Below, piece after piece: positions 18,588 through 28,441 of a stretch of DNA of 64,000 bases. Both the position numbers and the translations under genes were made by a program. The stretch comes from an uncultured bacterium (lineage in GTDB: Bacteria > Chloroflexota > UBA5177 > JANWHV01). The notes beneath the pieces were generated by a model that made no database searches, had not been told where the DNA came from, and saw only the letters and a list, made by a program, of their open reading frames with translations. The stretch's first letter is position 1. Each line of letters starts with the position of its first letter. The stretch is taken from contig CAWHAE010000018.1 in the NCBI GenBank assembly GCA_963827235.1, positions 256,001 to 320,000 on the forward strand. The letters run 5' to 3'.

Positions 18588-19025
18588 ATGACCACTGTTG
18601 CACATCTGTTGAGCGCCAAGGGAAGCGACGTCTGGTCCGTTTCGCCGGACGCGTCGGTGTACAAGGCCATCGAGTACATGGCCGACAAGCAAGTGGGAGC
18701 CCTGCTCGTCGTCGACGCCGGGCGCGTGGTCGGGATCGTCTCCGAGCGCGACTACGCGCGCAAGGTGATCCTTCAAGGCAGAGCCTCGGAATCGACTTTG
18801 GTACGCGAGATCATGACCGACAAAGTTCTCTTCGTGCGGCCGGAGCAGACGATCGAGGATTGCATGGCCATGATGACCACGCGGCGCATCCGGCATCTCC
18901 CGGTAATGCAGGGCGAGCGCCTGCTGGGCATGATCTCGGTCGGCGACGTGATCAAAGGTCTCCTCACCGAGCGCGACGTGCGCATCGAGCAGCTCGAGCA
19001 ATACATCTCCGGCCGGCGAGCCTGA
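18588..19025 (+). CDS. Tandem CBS-domain protein
   Basis: VGALLVV...VGIVSERDYARK, IRHLPV...GMISVGDV; GGGAGG RBS. Confidence 0.93.
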   Translation: MTTVAHLLSAKGSDVWSVSPDASVYKAIEYMADKQVGALLVVDAGRVVGIVSERDYARKVILQGRASESTLVREIMTDKVLFVRPEQTIEDCMAMMTTRRIRHLPVMQGERLLGMISVGDVIKGLLTERDVRIEQLEQYISGRRA

Positions 19026-19108
19026 GACCGGCGCGACGGCGCCCGGTTGAGCCACGCGCTACGCCGCGTTCTCGCCTCGCGGCACCGGCTGCGTAGCTTG
19101 ACCGCGGC

Positions 19109-19801
19109 CTAACAGGACCGGGCTGCCGGCCGGCTCTGCAAGAGACGGGCGATATCGGCGGCCGCGCCGACCAGTGACGATCGAATGACGTTGGCGTGCG
19201 CGAACGATTGCGTGGCCGTACTGGCATTTGGCACCGCGATCACGTGCATGCCGGCTGCTCTCGCGGCTGCCGTGCCTGCCTGGGAGTCTTCCACTGCGAC
19301 GCACCGAGACGGCGACACATGGAGACGATCGGCGGCCAGCAGGTAGATCTCGGGGGCGGGCTTTCCCAGCCGCACCTCCTCGCCGGACGCCACGGCATCG
19401 AGCAGGGGCACGAGACCAAGCCTGTCGACCACGATATCGACCTGCCAGCGCGGGCTCGACGAGGCGATCGCCACCGCGTAGCCCATCGCGGCTACCTGGG
19501 CGACGAGCTCGGGCGCGCCCTCCATGATCTCGGCCTCGTCTCGCAGCAGTGGCTCGTAAAACCGGGACTGTGCCTCGGAAAGCTCCTGGGCAGTGCCGGG
19601 CAAGGAGTACAGCTGTCGTAAGCTCTCCCAGGCTTCGATGTTGCGCACGCCGACGAACGGCAGCATCTCCTCCTGCGTGATGGTCAGGCCGATTTGCTCT
19701 CGGAACACGCGCTCGGCAGCCCGAAACTGCAGCGGCTCGGTGTCGACCAATATGCCGTCCATGTCAAAGATCACCGCGTCGCGGCTCAGTCCATCATTCA
19801 T
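19109..19801 (-). CDS. HAD-family phosphatase (beta-PGM/CbbY-like)
   Basis: IFDMDGILVD, ASSS, GKPAPEIY, VEDS. Confidence 0.9.
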   Translation of the reverse strand: MNDGLSRDAVIFDMDGILVDTEPLQFRAAERVFREQIGLTITQEEMLPFVGVRNIEAWESLRQLYSLPGTAQELSEAQSRFYEPLLRDEAEIMEGAPELVAQVAAMGYAVAIASSSPRWQVDIVVDRLGLVPLLDAVASGEEVRLGKPAPEIYLLAADRLHVSPSRCVAVEDSQAGTAAARAAGMHVIAVPNASTATQSFAHANVIRSSLVGAAADIARLLQSRPAARSC

Positions 19802-19885
19802 CAGCGCGTTCCAGCTCCCTGCTGTGCTCCCTGCAGTACACCTGAGGCTCATCAGCAGTGTAGCGTGCCGGCTCGGACCGGCGCA

Positions 19886-20006
19886 CCCGAAATCGGTGAT
19901 CCACCGCTTCGCTCCGCTGGTCCCGGGAGCGCCGCCGTCTCGGCCGCCTCCGGACGTACCCGGCTTGCGGCCGTCGTCGCGAGGCACCAAGCCGATGCGT
20001 CACAAT
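19886..20006 (+). repeat. ~121-bp dispersed intergenic repeat, copy B
   Basis: Shares tcggtgatcca, gccgtctcg, caagccg, tgcgtcacaat blocks with copy A. Confidence 0.8.
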
Positions 20007-20116
20007 CTCCGGGTGGGCCCGGCCGGGACACGTTCTCCGTCGCTGCGCTCGAGGCCGGCGAGCGGTGCGCGGGAGATCGGCCGCTCGCACATCCAACGCC
20101 GCCGCACGGATCGCGC

Positions 20117-21865
20117 TCAGAAGGGGAGCGTGGGCTGGCCCTTGGCCCGCGCCAGCAGCTCCCCGGCCGCGCGCAGCGTGCTGTCGCTGATCGGCATGCC
20201 GCCCAGCATGGCCGCCACCTCGCGCACGCGCTCGTTACCGTGCAGCGCGGTGAGGACGGCGCAGGTGCGGCCGTCCACGATCTTCTTTTCCACCCGCAGA
20301 TGCTCGTCGCCCAGCGCGGCTACCTGCGGCAGGTGGGTGATACAGAGCACCTGGTGGCTGCGTGCCAGGTCGCGCAGCTTCTCTCCCACAACCTGACCGC
20401 TCCGGCCGCCCACTCCCGTGTCGACCTCGTCGAAGATCAGGGTAGGCGTGCGGTCCGCGTTCGAGAGAATGGTCTTCAGGGCGAGCATCAAGCGCGAGGC
20501 CTCGCCGCCGGAGGCGATGCGAGCCAGGGGCTTCAGGTCCTCGCCCGGATTCGGCGACACGAGAAACTCCACCCGGTCGAGCCCCGTTTCGTCGCAGGCA
20601 AAGCGACTCTCGTCGCCCGGAACCGGCACGCCGTCGGCGCTCGCTCGCCTCTCGAGCGCCACATCAAAGCGCGCCCGCTGCATGTTCAGGTCGTTTAGCT
20701 GCTCCTCTACCCGCCTCGCCAGGGTCTGCGCGGCCTCACGTCGGGCCGCGGACAGCGCGGCCGCCTCGCGGCCAATCTCCATGCGCACCTGCTCTGCTTC
20801 GGCGGAAAGCTCTTCCAGCCGATCTCCGGCGCCGAGCAGCTCCTCCTGCTCCGCCGCGGCGCGCCGGCCAAACTCGATCACGTCGGCCACCGAGGCGCCG
20901 TACTTGCGCTTCAGGGACTGCAGCAGGAGCGCCCGCTCTTCCAGCGCGGCGAGCCGAGCCGGATCTGCCTCTATGGAGGCACGGTAGTGCGCAAGGTCGT
21001 GGGCGACCTCGTCCACCACGATCATCGCGCCTTGCAACGCCTCGACGAGCGGCGTCTGGCTGCCGTCGACACGGGCAAGATCGCCCAGCATCTGCAGCGC
21101 GCGGGTTAGCAGGTCCACGGCACTGTCGCCGTCCCTCGCGCCCTCGCTCAAGAGCGCCTGGGCGCCGGCGCCCAGGCTCGCCAGGCGGTCGGCATTGGCG
21201 AGCACCACCAGCTCGGCCTCCAGCGTCGTTTCCTCGCTCGCGCTGAGGTGCGCTGCCTCGATCTCCTCGAGCTGGTAGCGCAAGGTGTCGAGTCGCCTGG
21301 CGGCATCCTGCCGGGAGGCGCGTAGCCGCGCCGCCTCGGCCTCTACGGCGCGCAGGCGGTGGACCAGCGCGGCGACTGCTCGTCGCTGCTCGAGCGTGCC
21401 GGCATAGCGATCCAGCAAGTCGATGTGGCCGGCCACCCGGAACAGCGAGAGATGCTCGCCCTGGCCGTGTATGTCGACCAGCACCTCGCCGACCGCCGCC
21501 AGCACCCCGACGGGGACCGCCCGCCCGTTGACGCGCGCCGTGCTTCGGCCTGCTGCGTTAATCTCGCGCGCCAGGATCACCATACCCTCGTCCCGGTCGA
21601 GCAGATCGTAGCCCTCGAGGGCGAGGGCGACCGCATCGGCCACCTCTGGCGCGTCGAGCGAGAATATCGCCTCCACACGTGCCGCGCGGGCACCGCTGCG
21701 CACCGTCTCGCCGCTGATTCTGCCGCCCAGGACGGCGTCGACTGCGTCGATGATGATCGACTTGCCGGCGCCCGTCTCGCCTGTCAGCACACAGAAGCCC
21801 GGCTGGAAGGGCACGACGAGGTTGTCGATGATTGCGAAATCGGTGATCGCCAGTTCCTGGAGCAT
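20117..21865 (-). CDS. recN: DNA repair protein RecN
   Basis: LTGETGAGKSII, IHGQGEH, ASGGEASRLMLALK, FDEVDTGVGG, ITHLPQVAA. Confidence 0.97.
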   Translation of the reverse strand: MLQELAITDFAIIDNLVVPFQPGFCVLTGETGAGKSIIIDAVDAVLGGRISGETVRSGARAARVEAIFSLDAPEVADAVALALEGYDLLDRDEGMVILAREINAAGRSTARVNGRAVPVGVLAAVGEVLVDIHGQGEHLSLFRVAGHIDLLDRYAGTLEQRRAVAALVHRLRAVEAEAARLRASRQDAARRLDTLRYQLEEIEAAHLSASEETTLEAELVVLANADRLASLGAGAQALLSEGARDGDSAVDLLTRALQMLGDLARVDGSQTPLVEALQGAMIVVDEVAHDLAHYRASIEADPARLAALEERALLLQSLKRKYGASVADVIEFGRRAAAEQEELLGAGDRLEELSAEAEQVRMEIGREAAALSAARREAAQTLARRVEEQLNDLNMQRARFDVALERRASADGVPVPGDESRFACDETGLDRVEFLVSPNPGEDLKPLARIASGGEASRLMLALKTILSNADRTPTLIFDEVDTGVGGRSGQVVGEKLRDLARSHQVLCITHLPQVAALGDEHLRVEKKIVDGRTCAVLTALHGNERVREVAAMLGGMPISDSTLRAAGELLARAKGQPTLPF

Positions 21866-22294
21866 GCATTCATTCTACCGGGCGCCGTGCACGGTCAACG
21901 CGATATCTTCTGAACGCAGCCAGGCAGCCGGTGAAGCCAGCCAAGCAGTGGCAGTGCGGCTCGTTCCGGTGAAGCGGCCTGCTGTACGAGGAGCTCTCGA
22001 CGGGCGGGACCACCCATCGATACCGCAACTCCACGGCGCCACATGGCTGCCCATCACATCAATCGGGAGATCGCGCTGCTCGAATGCCGCGCGGACGGCG
22101 CGCTGGTGCATCGGCGGCGCAAGAACGAAGACGCAAGCTATCCACGCCGTGCAAGCCCGCAGTGCGGTCGCTCGGGGCCAGCAGGCGACAACCAGCCGGC
22201 AGAGCGCTCCCGCTCTGCCGGCTGGTTGTCGTGGTACCGTGTGATGTCAGCCGCGATACACGCGGCCGCGGCCACAGGTGCAACACGCCGGCCG

Positions 22295-23707
22295 CTAGGC
22301 CACGAAGGTTGCCGCCCGGCGGCCCGACTCCTCGGCCGCCGGCACGGCGGAGGCGATGCGCGGCAGGCCGGGCAGGAGCACGCTGATCGCGACGCAGAAC
22401 AGCAGCACCCCCGACCCGGTCAGCAGTACGGCGTGGAATCCTGCCACGAAATCGGTCGGTCGCACCACGATGTGCTGGAATATGGCACCCAGGATGGCGA
22501 CGCCGAAAACACCGCCGAGCTCGCGGATGGTGCTATTGGTGCCCGACGCCTGGCCCTGCATGCTCTCCGACACGCTGGCCATGACCGTGCTCGAGAGAGG
22601 CGCGAAGCTCAGGCCCTGACCGAAGCCGCCGAGCACGAAGCACGGCAGGAGCGTCGTGTAGCCGACCGACGTGCTGACAAGGCTTGCCATCCAGGCAAGC
22701 GCGATCGCCTGGCAACTCAGGCCCAGGAGCACGATCGGCCGTGGCCCGATGCGACCGGTGAGTAGTCCGGCGAAAGGAGCGACCAACATGATGGTGCCGG
22801 TCCATGGCATGGTGCCCAGTCCGGCCCGCAGGGCAGAGAAGTGGAGCACGTTCTGCACGAACAGGGTGACGAAGAAGATCGAGCCGAACATGCCGAAGCT
22901 CATCAGGAAGGATGCCGCGTTGGCCACCGAGAAGCCGCGCGAGCGGAACAGCGACAGGTCGAGCATCGGCTCGTGAGCCGTCGATTGGCGGACCATGAAG
23001 ACCAGCAGGACCACGCTGCCGCCGATCAGTGAGCCGAGGATCTCGTAGCTGCTCCAGCCCACTCCATTGCCGCGGATCAGGCCATAGACGATGCCGAGCA
23101 GTCCGGCGCCCACCAGGGCGATGCCGGGCAGGTCGAGCTCGCGGGTGTCGCCGTACGACTCCGAGAGCTGGCGGCTTCCAAGCACGAAGAGCAGGATGCC
23201 CACCGGCACGTTCACCCAGAAGACCGCGTTCCAGCTCCAGCCGCTGACGATCGCCCCGCCTACCAGCGGTCCGGCCGCCAGTCCCAGTCCGGAGACGCCC
23301 GACCAGAGGCCGATGGCAGCCGGTCGCTTCTCGGGTGGGAAGACGCCGATCAGGATGGTGAGCGTGAGCGGCATGATCAAGGCTGCCCCCATCCCCTGCA
23401 CGGCGCGCGAGAAGGCAAGGGCCGTGGCCGAGCCGGCGAGTGCCGAGGCCGCCGAGCCGCCGGTGAAGAGTGCCACGCCGGCGAGCAGGACGCGGCGGCG
23501 GCCGATGCGGTCGCCGAGCGCCGCCGCCGGCAGCATGAGCACGGCAAAGGCCAGCGTGTAGGCGTTGACCGTCCACTCCAGGTCGGCAACTCCCGAGTGC
23601 AGGGCGCGGCCGATGGAAGGCAGCGCCGTGGTCACGACGAGGTTGTCGAGCATGCCCATGAAGAGCGCGATCGAGACTATCGCGAAGGTCCACCAGCGAT
23701 GTGTCAT
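22295..23707 (-). CDS. DHA2-family MFS efflux transporter (14 TM)
   Basis: LDNLVVTTALPSI, WTVNAYTL, LGDRIGRRR, GPLVGG, FWVNVPVG; AGGAGG RBS. Confidence 0.93.
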   Translation of the reverse strand: MTHRWWTFAIVSIALFMGMLDNLVVTTALPSIGRALHSGVADLEWTVNAYTLAFAVLMLPAAALGDRIGRRRVLLAGVALFTGGSAASALAGSATALAFSRAVQGMGAALIMPLTLTILIGVFPPEKRPAAIGLWSGVSGLGLAAGPLVGGAIVSGWSWNAVFWVNVPVGILLFVLGSRQLSESYGDTRELDLPGIALVGAGLLGIVYGLIRGNGVGWSSYEILGSLIGGSVVLLVFMVRQSTAHEPMLDLSLFRSRGFSVANAASFLMSFGMFGSIFFVTLFVQNVLHFSALRAGLGTMPWTGTIMLVAPFAGLLTGRIGPRPIVLLGLSCQAIALAWMASLVSTSVGYTTLLPCFVLGGFGQGLSFAPLSSTVMASVSESMQGQASGTNSTIRELGGVFGVAILGAIFQHIVVRPTDFVAGFHAVLLTGSGVLLFCVAISVLLPGLPRIASAVPAAEESGRRAATFVA

Positions 23708-23755
23708 CTCACTGTTCCTCCTGTCAGTCACTGTGCGGCTTCATCTCTTGGTATG

Positions 23756-23771
23756 TAGTGAGTACTCACTA
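23756..23771. promoter_or_regulatory. Perfect 16-bp palindrome, probable TetR-type operator
   Basis: TAGTGAGTACTCACTA between a minus-strand TTGACA(23807-23812)-17-TATCGT promoter and the MFS start. Confidence 0.75.
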
Positions 23772-23939
23772 ACTACTGACACCACGATAGAGCATTCGCG
23801 GCAGCCTGTCAACGGGGGAGACTGTCACATGCGGCACAGTCCCCGGAATGCTAGCCAGTTGGAATTTCGCGATGTACGCTGGAAATGCATCGGTACGCCC
23901 TTTGGGCCGGTGTGGCATTCGCAAAGAGGAAAAACCCCG

Positions 23940-24824
23940 ATGAGCACTACGTCGTCATCCGCCAGCCAATGTGCCATCTGTGGCGAGCCCCGCATTCCGG
24001 GCGCAAAGTTCTGCAGCCGCTGCGGAGCCACGTTCCAGGCCGCGCCGCGCACGCCATCGCGTCTGGGCGCCACGAGTCGCACGGGCCGGCCCGCGGATCT
24101 CGTGTATGTGGTCATCGCCGCCGCGCTGGCCGTGACACTCTCCCATCTCCCGATCGTGGACACGGCGATCTACCCATTCAAGCTCTTCGGTACCTTCGTC
24201 CACGAGTGGTGCCATGCTATCGTGGCGATCGCCACCGGCGGCCAGGTGAAGCAGCTGCAGATCAATGCCGACCTCAGCGGCGAGACCTTCACCACCGGAG
24301 GCTGGCTGCTGCCCATCTTCAGCGCCGGCTACGTGGGCGCCGCGTGCGTTGGGGCTCTCCTGCTCGTGCTGCCCACGCGCTGGGCCAACAAGGTCTTGAT
24401 CTGCGTCGGGGCCCTCTCCATTCTCATGCCCCTGGCGGGTGAGCTGGCGTTCGGCACCAGCTTCACCGGCACGACGTGGCTGTGGACCGCGGTGTTCGGC
24501 TGCGTCACACTGGTAATCGGCTCCCGCGCGCCGGCGCGTGCCGCGGGTCTGTTCCAACAGTTCCTGGCCGTGGAGTTGTGCCTTACCGCGATCGACTCGT
24601 TACGAAACCTGGCCTGGATCACCGAAAACTCCAGCGGCGCCCAGATCAACACCGCGAGGGGCATCTGCTACTACACGCAGCCTCTCAGGACAGGGACCGA
24701 CGCTTTGAACGCCCAGTGCTACTTCTCCGCTCCGGCACTGTTCTGGACCGTCCTCTGGTTCGCTCTGGCTATCGCCGTCATCGGATTCGCGGCGTACCGC
24801 GTAGTACGCCGCTCGATTGCCTGA
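23940..24824 (+). CDS. M50B-like membrane metallopeptidase with N-terminal zinc ribbon
   Basis: CAICG...FCSRCG; HEWCH; SAGY; TDA; several TM helices. Confidence 0.85.
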   Translation: MSTTSSSASQCAICGEPRIPGAKFCSRCGATFQAAPRTPSRLGATSRTGRPADLVYVVIAAALAVTLSHLPIVDTAIYPFKLFGTFVHEWCHAIVAIATGGQVKQLQINADLSGETFTTGGWLLPIFSAGYVGAACVGALLLVLPTRWANKVLICVGALSILMPLAGELAFGTSFTGTTWLWTAVFGCVTLVIGSRAPARAAGLFQQFLAVELCLTAIDSLRNLAWITENSSGAQINTARGICYYTQPLRTGTDALNAQCYFSAPALFWTVLWFALAIAVIGFAAYRVVRRSIA

Positions 24825-24842
24825 GCGCCACGTGTTCGTGCC

Positions 24843-25295
24843 ATGATCGACGATGATCTGCTGGCGCCCGGGCCGTCCCTGCGCGATCCCGAGTACCAGA
24901 GCCTCTGCGCATTCTTTGCTACGTTCCCGCCTGCACTGGACCGGGCGCTTCGATTCGGCGACTGGATCGCCTTGCCGCCGTCGCATGAGCCGCTGCTCGT
25001 GCTGTCCGCGACGTCCGGAGCGAGCACTGTCGTGACGGCCAATCCGGGCGGAGGCGTGCAGCGTGAAGTGGAGCGGTCGCAGTGCGTGTGGCTGCCGACG
25101 CTCGAACAGCTCCGTGTGCTCGTGCGCGAGGAGTTCGGCACCACCGGCTTCTTCAGCTCCGCCTTCAACGACGATACCTATTGGTTTACAGGCCAGCTCC
25201 TGGGCATGGCCGTCACGAACCTGCAGCCCCTTGCGGAGGGCGGCAGTCCCGCGGAGGCCGCGGTCAAAGCACTGTTGATGCGGCATCAACGGTAG
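24843..25295 (+). CDS. Hypothetical protein
   Basis: 150-aa ORF tightly packed in a + operon; WLPTLEQLR motif. Confidence 0.7.
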   Translation: MIDDDLLAPGPSLRDPEYQSLCAFFATFPPALDRALRFGDWIALPPSHEPLLVLSATSGASTVVTANPGGGVQREVERSQCVWLPTLEQLRVLVREEFGTTGFFSSAFNDDTYWFTGQLLGMAVTNLQPLAEGGSPAEAAVKALLMRHQR

Positions 25296-25309
25296 AAAGG
25301 GGCGCGGAC

Positions 25310-26122
25310 ATGCGCCGTGGCCCCGTCAAGCCGTTTCCCTATCTCCGCCCCGGAACGAGTGGCCCGCCGATCAACGTCCTGCCGCCGCGCATCGACACTA
25401 TTCCGGTGGCCAGGATCAAGGGAAGCGTGGACAAGGCGCGACAGCTCACGCCGACCTTCTTGCCCAAGCGCGAGCAGAAGCGGTCGTCCCGGTTCCGCTC
25501 CATTGCCCAGGCCATGGCTCGCGGCGTGGTGCTGCCGCCGATTGATGTCTATTATGTCAATCGCGAATACTACGTCATCGACGGGCACCACCGCGTGGCC
25601 GCGGCCATTGCCAACGACGTGAAGTACATCGACGCCATCGTCCAGGAATGTATCTTGCCCGAGCGGAAGCCCAAAGATCACCTGGCCAACGTCCGTATCC
25701 GCTTCGAGCGGCGTACTGGACTGAACCGCATCGATTTCAGGTCCCCGGAGTCATACGACCGCCTGCTGGAGGAGATCACCGCGTACAGGGACCGCCTGCG
25801 CGAGACCGATCCTTCGATCACCCTGCGCCTGGCAGCAGGTCGGTGGTATCGCGAAGAGTTTGTCCCCGTCGCCGAGCCGATCGACATGAGCGCACTCACT
25901 CTGGCCTTTCCCGGCCGCACGGTCAGCGACCTGTACTTCGCCGCCAAAGAGCATCAAGCCTACCTCGAGCAGACGACAGGCCACCCGGTCACTCCCGTGG
26001 AAGCCGTCGCGGATCTGCAGCGCATGCACCCGCGACCGCTCACCGCGCGCGTCCTGCGCCCGCTTCACCGTCACGCTCGCCGGGCGTTATGGCGCATGAC
26101 CGGAGGCCCGCCTGCTCTATGA
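25310..26122 (+). CDS. ParB/Srx-domain protein (DUF4032-like C-terminus)
   Basis: IKGSV...FLP...LPPIDVY...YYVIDGHHRVAAA; C-terminal WYREEFVPV, DLY. Confidence 0.85.
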   Translation: MRRGPVKPFPYLRPGTSGPPINVLPPRIDTIPVARIKGSVDKARQLTPTFLPKREQKRSSRFRSIAQAMARGVVLPPIDVYYVNREYYVIDGHHRVAAAIANDVKYIDAIVQECILPERKPKDHLANVRIRFERRTGLNRIDFRSPESYDRLLEEITAYRDRLRETDPSITLRLAAGRWYREEFVPVAEPIDMSALTLAFPGRTVSDLYFAAKEHQAYLEQTTGHPVTPVEAVADLQRMHPRPLTARVLRPLHRHARRALWRMTGGPPAL

Positions 26123-26847
26123 AGGTCTTGTTCGTCTCCGATCACGAGGAACGCCAGCTGTACGAGCACTTCGATCCCGAGCGATGGGTCGGCAGCATCG
26201 ACCTGGCGATATCGTGCGGCGACCTGCGGGCCGACTACCTGTCCTACCTGGTCACAGTGCTGCGCGTGCGCCTGCTCTACGTGGCAGGCAATCACGACGC
26301 CCGCTTCCATCGGCAGCCGCCGGACGGCTGCGACAACATCGACGGCAAGCTGGTGCGTGTCGGCAACCTCAGAATCGGCGGCCTGGCCGGCTCGCTGCGC
26401 TACAACGGCGGGCCCGAACAGTTCCAGTACACGAGCTGGGAGATGCGCAAGAAGGTATGGCGCCTCTCGCGAGCGATCATGCGCCGCGGCGGCGTCGACC
26501 TGGTCGTCTCACACGCCGCCCCTCATCGATGCCCGCTGGTCACGCATCAGTGCCTGGCTCCAGCCGGCGCGGGCTTTCCCTGCAGCAAGCCGGACCTGGA
26601 AGGGCATCCTCCCGTTTGTCCCGAGTCGACCGATCCCTGCCACCTCGGCGTGGCTGCTTACGATGCCGCCATCCGGCGATGGCATCCGCGCTGGTGGGTG
26701 CACGGGCACAACCACCTCGAATACGGCCAGGTTCCCCGCCTGTGGTGGGTCGGCCAGAGCCAGATCATCAATGCCGACGGCCACATCGTTCTTGACACGG
26801 ACATGCCCGTCGACCCGGAGCGCGGCTCGATGGTACGCGGCCGCTAG
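26119..26847 (+). CDS. Calcineurin-like metallophosphoesterase
   Basis: VSDHE, SCGDL, VAGNHD, SHAAP, VHGHNH; ATGA-coupled to the upstream gene. Confidence 0.9.
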   Translation: MKVLFVSDHEERQLYEHFDPERWVGSIDLAISCGDLRADYLSYLVTVLRVRLLYVAGNHDARFHRQPPDGCDNIDGKLVRVGNLRIGGLAGSLRYNGGPEQFQYTSWEMRKKVWRLSRAIMRRGGVDLVVSHAAPHRCPLVTHQCLAPAGAGFPCSKPDLEGHPPVCPESTDPCHLGVAAYDAAIRRWHPRWWVHGHNHLEYGQVPRLWWVGQSQIINADGHIVLDTDMPVDPERGSMVRGR

Positions 26848-27545
26848 GTCTCCAGGCGGTAGCCGATACCGCGCACGGTCTTGATGTGTTGCGGGATCGC
26901 TGGCTCCGCTTCCACCTTCTCGCGCAGCCAGCGTATGTGCACGTCCACCGTCCGGCTGTCACCCGCGTACTCGTAGCCCCAGACCTTGTCCAGGAGCACT
27001 TCGCGCGACATGACCTTGCCGGCATTGGCCAGCAGGTAATCGAGAAGGTCGTACTCCTTCAGGGTGAGCACGACCTCGCGGCCATCACGGAATACCTTGC
27101 GGCTGTCTCGCTCGACCACGATGCACCCGAACTGCACGCGATCGAGAGACACTGCGGGCCGCGACTGGGGCATCTCGGCACGCCGCAGATGTGCCTTGAC
27201 GCGGGCAAGCAGCTCGCGCAGCCGGAACGGCTTCACCAGGTAGTCGTCGGCACCCAACTCCAGTCCGAGCACCGTGTCCACTTCCGAATCCTTCGCCGTC
27301 AGAATGATGATCGGCACCGTTGAGTCCCGCCGCACCGCCCGGCAAACCTCCAGCCCATCCATCCGCGGCAGCATGAGGTCGAGGATGACCAGGTCCGGGT
27401 TGCACACGTTGGCCTGTTCCAGTGCTTCCACGCCGTCGACCGCGGCTACCACCCGATAGCCTTCCTTGGTGAGGTTGTATCCGAGCGCTTCGATCAGTGT
27501 CGGCTCGTCGTCCACCAGCAGGATCGTCTTGGACGGCGGCGTCAT
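26844..27545 (-). CDS. OmpR/PhoB-family response regulator
   Basis: LVDDE, LDLMLP, GADDYLVKPF, RTVDVHIRWLREK, TVRGIGY. Confidence 0.95.
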   Translation of the reverse strand: MTPPSKTILLVDDEPTLIEALGYNLTKEGYRVVAAVDGVEALEQANVCNPDLVILDLMLPRMDGLEVCRAVRRDSTVPIIILTAKDSEVDTVLGLELGADDYLVKPFRLRELLARVKAHLRRAEMPQSRPAVSLDRVQFGCIVVERDSRKVFRDGREVVLTLKEYDLLDYLLANAGKVMSREVLLDKVWGYEYAGDSRTVDVHIRWLREKVEAEPAIPQHIKTVRGIGYRLET

Positions 27546-27874
27546 GTTCGCGACCGCGTTCATATGTCTCAGCCATATCCTTCGAGATGCGTCTCCGACC
27601 TGTGTCGCTGGCAGTGTACCAGAGCCCGGCGCAGTGAATCGGCCATGGTGAGCAGGTGAGCAGTGCACCCGCCTGGACAGCGCGAGGCAACGGCTGTCCA
27701 TCTCACGGCGATGGAAGCCATACCGAGCACGTCCGGAAGAGGCCGAGAAGGCCGCGGTGCCGGGATGGCCGGGCCGACGATCCGGACTACGCCACGCAGC
27801 CCCGCCCGCTAGCAGGCGGGACCAGCCGAAGGCGCGTTTCTGGTAGCATAGCCACACAGGGAGTATCACACCGG

Positions 27875-28120
27875 ATGCAGGAACCGCCGAAGCGGCGCTA
27901 CAGCCAGAGCACCTACGACTTCCTCATGGTGCTGCTCTGCAGTCAGGCTAGCTACTGGGTGCTGGCCAGTCCCCTTGTCCCCTACGCGTTCAACGAAGCG
28001 CAGTTCCTGGTTGCCTACACCGTGCTCACCATCGTGCTCGCGGCCACCGGGGTGAAGCTCAATCACCTGGCCGCCCGCAACGTGCGTGTCTCGTTCGGCA
28101 TCGGGCGTCGACGGCGGTGA
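27875..28120 (+). CDS. Small membrane protein
   Basis: GGGAG RBS, 81 aa, two hydrophobic segments. Confidence 0.6.
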   Translation: MQEPPKRRYSQSTYDFLMVLLCSQASYWVLASPLVPYAFNEAQFLVAYTVLTIVLAATGVKLNHLAARNVRVSFGIGRRRR

Positions 28121-28441
28121 ACGACAGGCGGAATCGGAAGACCGTCCGTCGCCGCGAGACAAGCTGCCGTTCGACCATGAACGTCTGCGGGTTCGAGCGA
28201 TACCTTCGGAGTCCTCGTCCCCAGCTTGCGGCGCTCGCAAGCAGCTTGTGATCTGAACCATGTCATGTCGTGCGCGAATTGGCTCCGCCTGTGCACTGTG
28301 ACACGCGCGGCGGTATTCTCTCTTTGACGACCCCAGAAAGGCAACAGCGGCAGTGACTGAAGCGACCGTGGCGCCGGTTGTGCAAGCAATGCGCGCCCGT
28401 TGCTGCGAGCGCGTGCCCGTGCCGGGAACGGACCGTTCCTC

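Noticed and set aside
25310-26122. Chromosome-partitioning parB call
   Set aside because: No parA or parS nearby and no recognisable ParB HTH.
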